Origin: a virus
Taxonomy: Duplodnaviria; Caudoviricetes
Strand: one strand, 5' to 3'
Length of the DNA stretch: 64,000 nt
IMG/VR virus record: IMGVR_UViG_2918748958_000001
Span: 3,083-67,082 of that record
Part shown: positions 17,201-24,843 of the stretch, in pieces
Position numbering within the stretch: the stretch's first letter is position 1
How the letters are laid out: each line of letters begins with the position of its first letter
Notes under the pieces: generated by a model
Database searches by the model: none
Told to the model about the DNA's origin: nothing
What the model saw: the letters and a program-made list of their open reading frames with translations, nothing else
Translations under genes and position numbers: made by a program

Positions 17201-19818
17201 TCGTAGCTGGCGCGGTAGGCGGCCACTGCCTCGGCTTCCGTGTTGAAACCGAACAAGGCCTTGGCTTCGTCGTAGGAGCCATCCGCGTTGACCTGGTCCA
17301 CCACGTAGACCGTGGGCGCATTGGCGGCATGTGGGCCGACGAACACATCCACATGGTCGCCGTCGGCAGCCTCGGTGCCCTTCACGTAGCCGTAGTGCGC
17401 GGCCATCGTGTTGCGCCAACCCGTGCCGTCCGGCGAGGTGCCGCTGCGCGTGCTGCCCTGCGGGTTCTCGATGCTGATTCGAAGGCCCTGCACCTCCGGG
17501 CCGGAGAGGTGCCCGAGGGAATAGTTGCCCGCGGCCTTCTGCGCGTCAGTCGGCTCGGGCTTGTCGTTCAGCGGGCTCGTAGCGGCCTCGTGCGCCGCGG
17601 CATCCACAGCGGCCGCGGGCGCCGCGCTTTCGCTCAGTGCACGCTGGCGCTCGCCGGCGCGAGCTGCAACAGACACAGCTTCGAGCACAGGGGGAACAGT
17701 TCGACCGGTATCGGCTCCTCGCGCGACAGCAACTTCATCAGGCTGCGCGTCTCGTGCCGACTGGCCTGCCGTGTCCGGCGCAGCACCAACAGCGCCGCGT
17801 GCGCCGTCATCTGCCACCCGAACAGCTCGTGCGGCTGCAACATCTTCGCCTCCTTGGGGTTGTGGTAGGACCTGCGCGTCTCGCGCATCGACGGCCGCCA
17901 CGATCTGCGGCGTGCGCAGGCCGCCGGCGTCGATGCCCAGCGACTTCGCGACCTTCCGCGCCTGCAGCGCGTTCGTGCGCCAAGCGCTCGGCCGCGCGGC
18001 AACGGCGTCGGAAGGCTCCGCGACTCCCTGCGCCGGCACGGTGGCGGGCGCAGGCGCCGCCTCTTTCGATGCGCCGCGGCGCGCGCGGGCCAGCGCAGCA
18101 CCTTCCTGCACGGTGGATGGCGCTGGCTGCGGCGCGGCCACTGCGGGGGCCAACGCGGCCAGCTCTGCTTGCACGCGGTCACGTTCGGCGATGAGCCGTG
18201 CATCCCAGCCGCCGGCGCGCCCCTGCTGCCGCAGGAAGTCCAGGCGCTCGCGCAGGTCGGCGGCATGCGCTTCGACGAACTGCTCGCGGCCCGGTCGATC
18301 AGCGGAGAAGTCGAGGCCCACCTGCTCGGCGTCGCCCTGCTCCTTCATGGCCTCGGCGGCCTGCTGCAGCGCGGCCTGCTCGGCAAGCTGCTGCGATGCA
18401 CCGCTGTCCACCGCGACCACTGCAGCAGACGAAAGCGGGCCGGCGGCCGGGTCCAGGCCCAAGCGCTGCGAAGGCAGTGTTGGAGCGGCGTTGGCCGCAC
18501 CAATAGATTGCAGGATTTCGTCATCGGGCCCGGTCACGGCGCGCGATGCGTCGATCTCGGCCTCGCGCGCAGCCTCCTCCGCCGCTCGCTGCCGCGCGAG
18601 CACGGCCGCGCCGTCGGGCGGCTCGACCTGGGCCACCGTGGGCTCGCCGCGCTCCTGCTGGTTCAGCTCGTTGAGGCGGGTGACGGCGCTGCGGCGCGCA
18701 TCCTCTGCGCCTTCAGTGTCAGGCGCTGGTGCAGGTGCAACCGCCTCGGGCGCCAAGCCCATCATGCGAGCGCGCTCCGCCGCACGCTGGTCCTCAGGGA
18801 GGCTGGCCAGGTAGGCGTCGATCTCGGATTGCCGCCCCACCGTACCGTCGGGGAAGCCCACCAGCGGGTCGGGTTCATTCGTGAGCAGCAGCGGCGCGGC
18901 GGCCGGTGCTGGCGCTCCAGAGCTGCCATGCCCGCCGGTCAGCAACGACACGCCGCCGCCGGTGATACCGCCCAGCGCAGCGCCCATGCCGGCCGCGGCC
19001 GCCACGCCCTTCGACGGGTCGATGGTCGGATCGAACGGCACCGCCGCGCGCTGGCCCTCGTACTGCGTGATGCCTTCTTCGAAGCCTTCCTGTGCAGCCT
19101 CGACGGCTGCCGTCTTGCCCGCGCGCCCGAGCGCACCGCCGCCGAAGCCCTTGGCGCCAGCGACCAGGCGCTCGGCGCCGACCAGGCTGCCGGCAGCGCC
19201 CACCACCGCCGGGATCACACTTGCCTGCCGGCCCGCTGCCGTGGCTTGGTCATCGGTCGCACCCGCCTTCGACGCGAGGTCGTAGGCCGTGCCGGCTGCG
19301 TCGCCACCGGCCATCGCTGCACCAGCAGCAGCACCGCCAGCGAGACCAGCGCGCTCCACGGCCTTCGCGCCAGCACCGACGGCGCGCGCGGCCGCGCCAG
19401 CACCCTTGATCGCCGCACCGGGCCCGACGAACGAACCCACGGCCTGGGCCGCCGACAGCACCGGGTTCTCGAGCACGTAGCCGCCGACCGCCTCCAGCTC
19501 GTCGCCGACGCCATCAGCGCCCTCGACATCGTCGCGGAATTTCTTCTTTGCGGCCTTTGTGACATCGCTTTGCGATTCCTCGCCAGCCTTGATGAACTTC
19601 TCGTCGATGAACTTCGAGACGGCGTTACCGGGCTTCACGAAGTTGGCCGCAGCGGAGACGCCGCCGGCCACCGCGTTGGCGGCCTCGATCACCGTGTCGT
19701 TTGCAACGGCAAGGGCGCTGCGCTTCGATAGTGCCTCTTCCTTCTTCGCAGATTCAGGATCGAACTGAATGCGCGGGTTCGTGGGCTTGGCGGTGGTGGG
19801 GTCGAATTCGGATGCCAT
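11209..19818 (-). CDS. giant polyvalent (ejection/internal virion) protein, ~2869 aa
   Basis: Start set at MASEFDPT. Contains a phage inorganic-pyrophosphatase-like domain (ISIENPQG...HYGYVKGT..ADGDHVDVFVGP), DFGEKIGGARKD (LPD5-like), AHEWFH and HEMAARAF (LPD1/zincin-like), FHEVLGH and PLSRFG (PLxRFG). Confidence 0.9.
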   Translation of the reverse strand: MASEFDPTTAKPTNPRIQFDPESAKKEEALSKRSALAVANDTVIEAANAVAGGVSAAANFVKPGNAVSKFIDEKFIKAGEESQSDVTKAAKKKFRDDVEGADGVGDELEAVGGYVLENPVLSAAQAVGSFVGPGAAIKGAGAAARAVGAGAKAVERAGLAGGAAAGAAMAGGDAAGTAYDLASKAGATDDQATAAGRQASVIPAVVGAAGSLVGAERLVAGAKGFGGGALGRAGKTAAVEAAQEGFEEGITQYEGQRAAVPFDPTIDPSKGVAAAAGMGAALGGITGGGVSLLTGGHGSSGAPAPAAAPLLLTNEPDPLVGFPDGTVGRQSEIDAYLASLPEDQRAAERARMMGLAPEAVAPAPAPDTEGAEDARRSAVTRLNELNQQERGEPTVAQVEPPDGAAVLARQRAAEEAAREAEIDASRAVTGPDDEILQSIGAANAAPTLPSQRLGLDPAAGPLSSAAVVAVDSGASQQLAEQAALQQAAEAMKEQGDAEQVGLDFSADRPGREQFVEAHAADLRERLDFLRQQGRAGGWDARLIAERDRVQAELAALAPAVAAPQPAPSTVQEGAALARARRGASKEAAPAPATVPAQGVAEPSDAVAARPSAWRTNALQARKVAKSLGIDAGGLRTPQIVAAVDARDAQVLPQPQGGEDVAAARAVRVADDGARGAVGAAPDTAGQSARDAQPDEVAVARGADTGRTVPPVLEAVSVAARAGERQRALSESAAPAAAVDAAAHEAATSPLNDKPEPTDAQKAAGNYSLGHLSGPEVQGLRISIENPQGSTRSGTSPDGTGWRNTMAAHYGYVKGTEAADGDHVDVFVGPHAANAPTVYVVDQVNADGSYDEAKALFGFNTEAEAVAAYRASYDADWKVSPIAAMSVDEFKAGLAAGRFKKALSPSLQPGAKPARGVLAKMQKAKVQRETKAVRAAREAEEARAAYFTPGNVVRGYGGFDRVISYQKPDSEGRWSVTVREVRKIGPATFEDMPDADTRTHSTQPDASAMKTGPAGRMGPPASTAPASQSVESPELPPVPVEAAQRDEKIVDFGEKIGGARKDRVEKTGARTTAVPKDERPAWARRFQVSQVAKSRNASDEGRWVIRDTRSLDFMKQPRQVGRDNFATREAAEAAIPLAAVSLKHRVTSTRDGKFEIWRDVTDRKRVKVVDQTFENREDALRYMAENAQTIIETNTTFGEADLPRPASEQRVGVERRKGDVKDGDFGGTFGFRGVEFGNWNNQSDRQQLLNDAYDGLLDLAEVMGIPPRAISLNGELALAFGARGSGLSGARAHYEPEKAVINLTKMNGAGSLAHEWFHAMDHYFGRQDGKASAEWVIDKDGTRSLTISNSFEREAASGGLRGERSGVRAEVREAYESLMRTIARKAEGYVDETAQADRFVARAREGVERRLAELRAGLAQQLDTRYFKRNNKPASAEQLAEFDTVAQRILDGQALDMRVESKGRGVLSGVRWTNDALEQINVIAKAVRGRSGFQSDGNGSLDRLRSEIQLYASRLKMLAEAQSGSEKTRMVPTQFAMDAKELDQGRGADYWTTPHEMAARAFQGYVEDRIAERGGVSPFLNYGPENVGIPTPWGVKRPFPHGAERVAINQALDRLVSVIQTREGEGNNIALFRRSDDGTAELPTAVANAMRALSRPTYSPQARMQAVASVQKTVDAIRAGWGNSPDIVVAFDMGDPVVPDAARRADLKQRSGGARGAPEGFYYRGKAYLMASRLPTANDAARVLFHEVLGHHGLRGQFGKELDGVLDQIGTMRRADVDAKIKEYGLRGVNKLDRRAAAEEVLAEMAQTHPELHFVRRAIAAIRTWLRQHVPGFRNLRMTDDEIVRNFILPARRFVEQGGPDGGPGEGLRFSRDAGSAATNSLDAPIAVNEKGVANFGHWNGEFDASDSDIRFSRSTVQRFAKKATAELNKAFNVPGKLSWWHKSVGTMYNLAERSPAFKSVFDSAQGFVDDVSYYANAAAELAPKLLPKLETWRDIKKAPVSAADKAAVAKPVFEGTLTWARDEQGKPVQVQSLIDAAAELSTDQKAQRLLRNGMLDERMMKAWQGMPLESYEKAINTRFESRMLQPGVVWTDAELRSMFNLTDDQRALYREFREATDRSLDTMARADMLRFVGEEAKGLRDVVMDAPDAQTAAVLLRDHLVQLSNDMPDRATQLLNTANGVIDRADKVRDLQIRGYAPLSRFGRYSVDVVDAAGQRQYFGLFETAREANTMAARMREEFGEAAVSQGTLSEEAFKLFAGVTPETLELFGNALGLDSTGDSAQDQAFQEYLRLTKTNRSAMRRLIHRKGIAGFSEDVGRVLAAFIYSNARQTAAGLHMGDLGAAVNAIPKEQGELKDAAVRLAEYVKNPQEEAQVLRGLLFAQYLGGSVASAFVNMSQPLAVTFPWLSQHGGARAAAAQIGRAAKNIATRGFEYEPDLAAALKRAEDEGTVSPQEVHQLMAQARGASSLRSGDGTRGGDLRALGQNAMSRLSLAWGKLFGAAEQLNRRITFIAAYRTAKAQDIADPAAFARKAITETQFLYSKANKMEWARGAVGGTLMTFKTYSVDYLELLHRMYTQGGPEGKRAVLLALAMLMLMGGAGGLPFAEDLEDVADALAQMLGYNFSTKKARQEFLEGFLPRGIAQFIDKGVSGLPGAPLDVSGRLGMGNLIPGTGLLLEKTSHARDVLEIAGPAGDFASRILSGGRSVLTGDMGAGLLEMSPAAVRNAAKGADMAATGMYRDAKGYKVLDTNTLEAALKSIGFQPNSVATIQEANRISQGAKAFYNLRAQEIRTLWAQGIFEGGQDKVRAARDKVVAWNQKNPDLPMQIRIPDVMRRVREMRKTKDERIADTAPRAIRARIREDSNRAEEL

Positions 19819-19848
19819 CCCCCCAGTCTTCCGCCCTCTCGCTGGAGC

Positions 19849-19865
19849 GTCGAACCCTACAGGGG
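19849..19865 (-). promoter_or_regulatory. late-module motif, copy 2
   Basis: Plus strand GTCGAACCCTACAGGGG, 31 nt upstream of the polyvalent-protein ATG. Confidence 0.7.
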
Positions 19866-19900
19866 ACCGGCTTCGCAGTGCCCCCATTACCTCAAGTCAG

Positions 19901-19924
19901 AAAAAAAGCCCGCATGGCGCGGGC
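19901..19924 (-). terminator. intrinsic terminator of the ART-antitoxin-SecB operon
   Basis: GCCCGC-5nt-GCGGGC stem followed by T7 on the - strand. Confidence 0.8.
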
Positions 19925-19925
19925 C

Positions 19926-20354
19926 TTATTTTTCGTTGGACGGCAGCTTTCGAGGCTGAATTAGAAGAGGCAATATGAGTCCGGAAATTCCTGCTCTTAA
20001 AGCCATCCCATATACGTGCTCACGCACATATGGAATAAGAAGGAAAGGGGCATTGGTTCTTGACCATTCTTCAAGATGTTCGAATTTAAATCGCTCTAAA
20101 TCAACTATAAATTGACCATTCAAGTCAACAAAAATTTCAAAGATCGATTTATCATCAATTTTCTTTACAGTCGTGACCGTGGCTTTTATGCCGACAGCTA
20201 CGTGCGAATCCCCTGGTTCAATGTCAGACGTTCCAGATTGGATCGCCAGATCAATTTCACCTTCAAATTCCTTAGCTGCGACCGGATCGTTGATAACGCA
20301 ACTTATCTGCGAAACAACAATTTCATGCAGTTGGATGGGATGTAACTCGTTCAC
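19926..20354 (-). CDS. cmdC: SecB-like chaperone (CmdC-like)
   Basis: C-terminal NAPFLLIPYVREHVYGMALRAGISGLILP matches the SecB signature; GTGA-coupled to the upstream gene. Confidence 0.85.
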   Translation of the reverse strand: MNELHPIQLHEIVVSQISCVINDPVAAKEFEGEIDLAIQSGTSDIEPGDSHVAVGIKATVTTVKKIDDKSIFEIFVDLNGQFIVDLERFKFEHLEEWSRTNAPFLLIPYVREHVYGMALRAGISGLILPLLIQPRKLPSNEK

Positions 20355-20638
20355 GCCGCCAGCGCAAAGCGCTCATCGTTAGCCGCATTAGAAGGAACGT
20401 AATCTTCGAAATCGTCAACCGCAAGTGGGCTCGTAGCATCAGACCGCGACGTAAGCGACCAAACTGCTGACAGCAGGCCCTTCATCCAGCTCGCTTCCAT
20501 GCGCTGCGCCAACACCCTTTCCATCTCGGAAAGCGCGACTACAACTTCGTCGTTCTTGTACCGGGCAAGTTCGGTTGTAAATTCAGCATCAGACATGAGC
20601 TGAACTTTTGAAAATATCTTTTCGAAAATATCTTTCAT
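20351..20638 (-). CDS. cmdA: antitoxin (CmdA-like) with C-terminal SsrA-like degron
   Basis: 95 aa between the ART and SecB genes; ends ...DDFEDYVPSNAANDERFALAA. Confidence 0.75.
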   Translation of the reverse strand: MKDIFEKIFSKVQLMSDAEFTTELARYKNDEVVVALSEMERVLAQRMEASWMKGLLSAVWSLTSRSDATSPLAVDDFEDYVPSNAANDERFALAA

Positions 20639-20648
20639 AACACCACCA

Positions 20649-21182
20649 TTATTCAACGAGAGCAATTTCTTTAATTAAATGCAACCCGCCTTCTTTCACT
20701 ACATATGCGGGCGACATTTTTGAAATCAACTGAACCAAACCTTTACTTTTTCCAATCGGCGGCGGACTAGGAACCAACACCTTCAGAACCAGGAAATTAG
20801 TATTTAGCTCTTTTGCGATCTCATCTACAAACCAAATAAGCGTTTCTTTCAGCTTATCGCCCGACACGCTCTTTGATTTAGCAATTTCATAAAGTTTCTC
20901 GTTGAATTCGTCAGTCGCTGCATCATAGTACTCCGCAGGCTTTTCAATTTTTGCTTCAAGAATCGCACACTCCGCATTGGCGTCGCCTTTATAAATCCCC
21001 TTGGCCGCCGCGAATGTCCACCAAAGTCGCGCGTTCTCTCTCGCATAACCTGTATGAGAATGCACTGCCCAAAGGTAAACCCCTCTGGAGTACAAGCCAT
21101 CCAAAGACGGTTTGAAATTCCGGCTATTGACAATCGCATCTGCTCGACTACGAGTTGTTCCATGCGTCCCCAACAAGTACAA
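20649..21182 (-). CDS. cmdT: ADP-ribosyltransferase toxin (CmdT-like)
   Basis: N-terminal HGT motif plus SRGVY (H-Y-E clan ART signature); TTG start with a GGGAGA RBS; AT-rich operon. Confidence 0.75.
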   Translation of the reverse strand: MYLLGTHGTTRSRADAIVNSRNFKPSLDGLYSRGVYLWAVHSHTGYARENARLWWTFAAAKGIYKGDANAECAILEAKIEKPAEYYDAATDEFNEKLYEIAKSKSVSGDKLKETLIWFVDEIAKELNTNFLVLKVLVPSPPPIGKSKGLVQLISKMSPAYVVKEGGLHLIKEIALVE

Positions 21183-21304
21183 CGACTGTCTCCCATCGTA
21201 CGTTTACAAGCACAAGTGTCTGTAGGAGCAACGTCTTGCTTATGGTCCGTTTGTGACCGCCCCCAACGAAGTGCTACAAAGTGTATGACGGATCTTGCAT
21301 GAAA

Positions 21305-21320
21305 TTTAGCACAGGCTAAA
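21305..21320. promoter_or_regulatory. inverted repeat upstream of the cmdTAC-like operon
   Basis: TTTAGC-ACAG-GCTAAA. Confidence 0.35.
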
Positions 21321-21404
21321 CAAACTCACGCCGCTGGGCTTGTTCCCTCTGCCTAGAGTACCTGCAAAACGGCGCACTGCGGCGACATCTCAAGCCGTTC
21401 GACG

Positions 21405-21442
21405 GAAAGCTGGACGGCAAGACGAAAGCTGGACGGCAAGAC
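21405..21442. repeat. tandem direct repeat, 2 x 19 nt
   Basis: GAAAGCTGGACGGCAAGAC twice. Confidence 0.85.
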
Positions 21443-21504
21443 CGCACCAGTGCAGCCCTCTTTTCAGCTTGACCCGTCCACCGCGCGGAAGGTCGAGTAG
21501 TGAC

Positions 21505-23121
21505 TTAGGCCAGCTCCCAACCGTCGCCGGTGTACATCGCCCGGCGCCCCTGAGCATCCACGTAGACGGAGCCCTTCTCAAATTTGGCGCTAGCGCCGCC
21601 GCCCTGCCCGTCCACACGCTGCACGTCGCCCGTGGTCTTGTTGACCCGGTAAATGCTGCCCTCGGTTGAACTGCCGTCTGCATTCTTCGTCGCGGGCGTG
21701 ACCTGAACGCTCCACTCCGGCGACGCCACCTTGCCCTGGGCCGCCAGCAATGCCTGCTGCGCCTTCGCGCGCTCGGCCGTGGATGCGTTTGGGTCCAGCA
21801 GCGTGCGGCGCAGCGCGGCTTCGTCCTGGGCTGCCGACACCTGCACGTCGCGCAGCCGGTTCGCGCCGGCCACCTCGTCGCGCCGGATTGAGTTGGTATC
21901 GGCTGCACGCCTGTCCTCGGCGGCGATGCGCTCGCCCTGCATGCGCGCGGCGGCCGCCTCACGCTGCGTGAGCGACTGAAAGCCCACGGCCGCGCGCTGC
22001 AGGTCGCCATCCTGGCGGACCTGCTCGATGTCGGCAGCTGCGCGCGCCTGCACCGGCACCGCCGCGGCGCGGACGGCGCCCTCATCAGCTTGGAAGCCGC
22101 GGCGCGGCGACCAGGAGCCGCGCGCGGCCGCCGTGCGCAGGTTCGCATCGTCGAAGAAGCGCTGACGCGCCGCCTGCGCGCCGCCCGCGCCGTCGATGAT
22201 GGTTGCGCCACCCTGCGGCAGCGAGGCGTTGGCAGCGTGGATCTCGGCCGCCTGCGCGTTCGCATCTTCCGTCGATCCCAGGACATTGCGCCGCTGGCTG
22301 GCCACGAATCCCTGGGCGCTGGCCGGGGTTGCGTCGGCCACAGATGCCGGCGCAGCAGTTGGTGTCGCAGCAGCAGCCGTCAACGGCTCCTGCTCGAGCG
22401 ACCTCGGGACGGCAGTGCCCGCCGGAGCGAATCCCACCGGTGCGCGCTCGGAAGCCGGCCCGGCGAACTGAGTGCTGCGCGGATCGGTCAGGTTGTTCAG
22501 GCGCGCTAGGCTGCTGCTGGCGGCCGGCAGGACACCGGCTGGCTGGAAGCTCGAGGGCCCGGTGGCGACCACGCCGCGCCGCAGCGCCGCGTCGTTTGCG
22601 TTCGTGCTCCGCGTGCTGCTCGGCTTCGGATAGACCCCGAAGACCGCGCGGTCGCGTTCCCCGTCCGTCACAGCCCCGCCGTTCGCGAAGCCGCGCGGCT
22701 GGAATCCGAAGCCATCGATCGATCTCGGGCCCGAGACATCGCCACCGTTGGCGAAGAACACGGACGGATCCGCGCCACGCGGCGCGAAGCTGCGCGCGAC
22801 ATCCGCCGGCGCGTGCGTCGCGTCCTTCATGGCGTCGAGTGCCTGCACACCGACCGCATGCACTTGCTCCGGAGGCAACTGGTACTCGCCGTTGCTGACG
22901 CGCACCGGCACCGGCGCGCCCAAGCCGGCCAGCTCGCCATCGCCGAGTTGCGCCGTGGAGTCGGCCGGCATGATGTAAGTGCCCTCGGGCACCTGCTTCT
23001 CAATGGAATCGGACGTGCCGGTGCCGGGCCCGCGGATCAGGCCTCCGTCGACCTTACTCTGCCGCGCAGTGGGCGCGGCACCCCTAGCCTTGCGTGCCGA
23101 GCTTGATTGAAAACCGTACAT
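21505..23121 (-). CDS. putative DNA-ejection/internal virion protein
   Basis: GGLIRGPGTGTSDSI motif and FANGG repeats; Ala/Gln-rich; lies upstream of the polyvalent protein. Confidence 0.7.
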   Translation of the reverse strand: MYGFQSSSARKARGAAPTARQSKVDGGLIRGPGTGTSDSIEKQVPEGTYIMPADSTAQLGDGELAGLGAPVPVRVSNGEYQLPPEQVHAVGVQALDAMKDATHAPADVARSFAPRGADPSVFFANGGDVSGPRSIDGFGFQPRGFANGGAVTDGERDRAVFGVYPKPSSTRSTNANDAALRRGVVATGPSSFQPAGVLPAASSSLARLNNLTDPRSTQFAGPASERAPVGFAPAGTAVPRSLEQEPLTAAAATPTAAPASVADATPASAQGFVASQRRNVLGSTEDANAQAAEIHAANASLPQGGATIIDGAGGAQAARQRFFDDANLRTAAARGSWSPRRGFQADEGAVRAAAVPVQARAAADIEQVRQDGDLQRAAVGFQSLTQREAAAARMQGERIAAEDRRAADTNSIRRDEVAGANRLRDVQVSAAQDEAALRRTLLDPNASTAERAKAQQALLAAQGKVASPEWSVQVTPATKNADGSSTEGSIYRVNKTTGDVQRVDGQGGGASAKFEKGSVYVDAQGRRAMYTGDGWELA

Positions 23122-23147
23122 GGGCTACCCCTTCGTGTGTCGCACCG

Positions 23148-23164
23148 CGCGATTCTTCAAGGGG
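23148..23164 (-). promoter_or_regulatory. degenerate late-module motif (possible)
   Basis: Plus strand GCCGA-type match: CGA-N8-GGGG spacing is kept (CGATTCTTCAAGGGG), 27 nt upstream of the ATG at 23121. Confidence 0.3.
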
Positions 23165-23210
23165 AAACTCTGGGCATCAAACCCCAGAGGGGGAGTGCAA
23201 CAATCCATGC

Positions 23211-23813
23211 ATGAATCAGTTCCCTGCTCACTTTGCGGCCCCACTGGCCACAGTCATCGCCGCATTCATTGCTGGCGGAGTAGCGTTTCTTGTCGCCGTG
23301 CTCTCGAAGGAGCAAAAAATCTCGGATTTTCGGCAGCAGTGGATCGAAGCTATCCGCAACGACATCGCCGACCTTGTGGGCGAATACACCATGCTCAACG
23401 TCGTCGGTGAAAGGACTCGCGGGAAGGGCCTCGTGCATATCGACAAGGCGTTTGACGACAGATACGCCAACCTGGTGAGAACTCGCTCACTGATGGCTCG
23501 CATTGAGCTTCGAATCAACCCGAAGGAGCACGCGAATTTCATAGCAGCGCTAAAGGGAATTCAAGACAGCACTTTTGTGGTCTCCGATGTCACGGCCAGA
23601 GAACGGAAGATTCAAGCGATCCTCGACGAAAGTCGGTCATTTCTGAAGAAGGAATGGAGAGTCGTTAAGCGCGGCGAGCGCGCCTTTGTCACGCTCAAGG
23701 TCATCACCGGTGGACTGGCAACTGCCGCCGCGATTTCCGGAGTCGTCCTCGTCTATCAGAACATCCCTCGTGCCGTCGAACCAATCGCTGGACCTGCCTC
23801 AACATCAAAGTGA
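23211..23813 (+). CDS. antisense accessory membrane protein
   Basis: TM segments at both termini; KEQKISDFRQQWI and LKKEWRVVKRGE motifs. Confidence 0.8.
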   Translation: MNQFPAHFAAPLATVIAAFIAGGVAFLVAVLSKEQKISDFRQQWIEAIRNDIADLVGEYTMLNVVGERTRGKGLVHIDKAFDDRYANLVRTRSLMARIELRINPKEHANFIAALKGIQDSTFVVSDVTARERKIQAILDESRSFLKKEWRVVKRGERAFVTLKVITGGLATAAAISGVVLVYQNIPRAVEPIAGPASTSK

Positions 23814-24842
23814 CGAGCTGTCGCTGCCGCTGATGCTCGCGCTGGTGTTGATGGCGTTGAGGCCTGCGGCCGCCTGAGTGCCGAACATCTGGGCACCCGC
23901 CATCGTGGCGCGCACCTTCGCATCGACGGCCCCGGTGGCGGCGCGCAGGTTTGCTTCTTCGCCGCGCATCTTCAGGTCGGCATCCGCAATCGCCAGTCGC
24001 ACGCGCGGCTCAAGTGCGGAGGCCTCCGCGCTGTACATCTGCACCAGCGCCCGCGCGAGATCGGTGCGCAGCCCGGCCAGCCCGGTCGCCAGCCTCATCG
24101 CGGTCTCCGGGCCCAGGATCAGCGTACGGATGTAGTTGCCGGCGGCATCGAGCGCAACTTGGCGCTGAGCCAGCAGCGCGGTCACGGCGAAGCGTACGTT
24201 CTCCACTTCCGTCTCCCAGCTCTTGACCATGATGTCGCGACTCGACGTGGCGAGCTGCTTCATGCCATCGATGCGGATCTGGTTCACCTGGCCCGTCAGC
24301 GCGCCGGGCGGCAACGGAAAGCCGCGGTCGGCCCAGGTCGACATCGCCTCGTTCTCCGCGCGCGCCAACTCGGCGCCGACGCGCGCGCGTTCGCGCTCGA
24401 ACAACTGGTGCTCGACAGCCACGTTGATGCCGGTGCCGCCCTCGCGCACGGCGCGGTCGCACCAGTTGATGGCGTCCTCATAGTATTCAGGGTGCGGGAA
24501 GTACTCACCGATGAAGTCGGCCATGCCCTGCTGGATCATCGCCAGGATCTGGTCGCGCGAAGCGTTGTAGAGCGCCTCCGCGTTCGTCGGGTCTTCGTCC
24601 GGCAGGCCAGGCTTCACCGGCGGAACATAGCTTGTGTCCAGGCTCGGCACGACGACCCGCGGTGCCGGGTCGGCCAGCGCGATGGCCGCGCCGACGCGCG
24701 TGTCGCCCGCCGCCGACATCGTCTGCGCGTTATTCCACATGGCGTTGAAGGTACGGGCAACCGTGACGGCCGCGCCGACGCCGCCGGTGACTGGGTCGGG
24801 GATCGGAACGATCTCGCCGGGTCCGGGAGGGGTGACTGCCAT
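23805..24842 (-). CDS. putative internal virion/ejection protein
   Basis: 345 aa, helical and Ala-rich; position in the virion cluster. Confidence 0.6.
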   Translation of the reverse strand: MAVTPPGPGEIVPIPDPVTGGVGAAVTVARTFNAMWNNAQTMSAAGDTRVGAAIALADPAPRVVVPSLDTSYVPPVKPGLPDEDPTNAEALYNASRDQILAMIQQGMADFIGEYFPHPEYYEDAINWCDRAVREGGTGINVAVEHQLFERERARVGAELARAENEAMSTWADRGFPLPPGALTGQVNQIRIDGMKQLATSSRDIMVKSWETEVENVRFAVTALLAQRQVALDAAGNYIRTLILGPETAMRLATGLAGLRTDLARALVQMYSAEASALEPRVRLAIADADLKMRGEEANLRAATGAVDAKVRATMAGAQMFGTQAAAGLNAINTSASISGSDSSSL

Positions 24843-24843
24843 A

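Noticed and set aside
11197-19731. Many long + strand ORFs (e.g. 15856..17868, 18169..19731)
   Set aside because: Antisense shadows of the polyvalent gene with Arg/Ala/Gly-biased, non-protein-like composition.
20351-20386. tmRNA fragment or ssrA integration scar
   Set aside because: The tag is in frame within an intact coupled operon and no tRNA-like tmRNA ends flank it; protein-level mimicry is the simpler reading.
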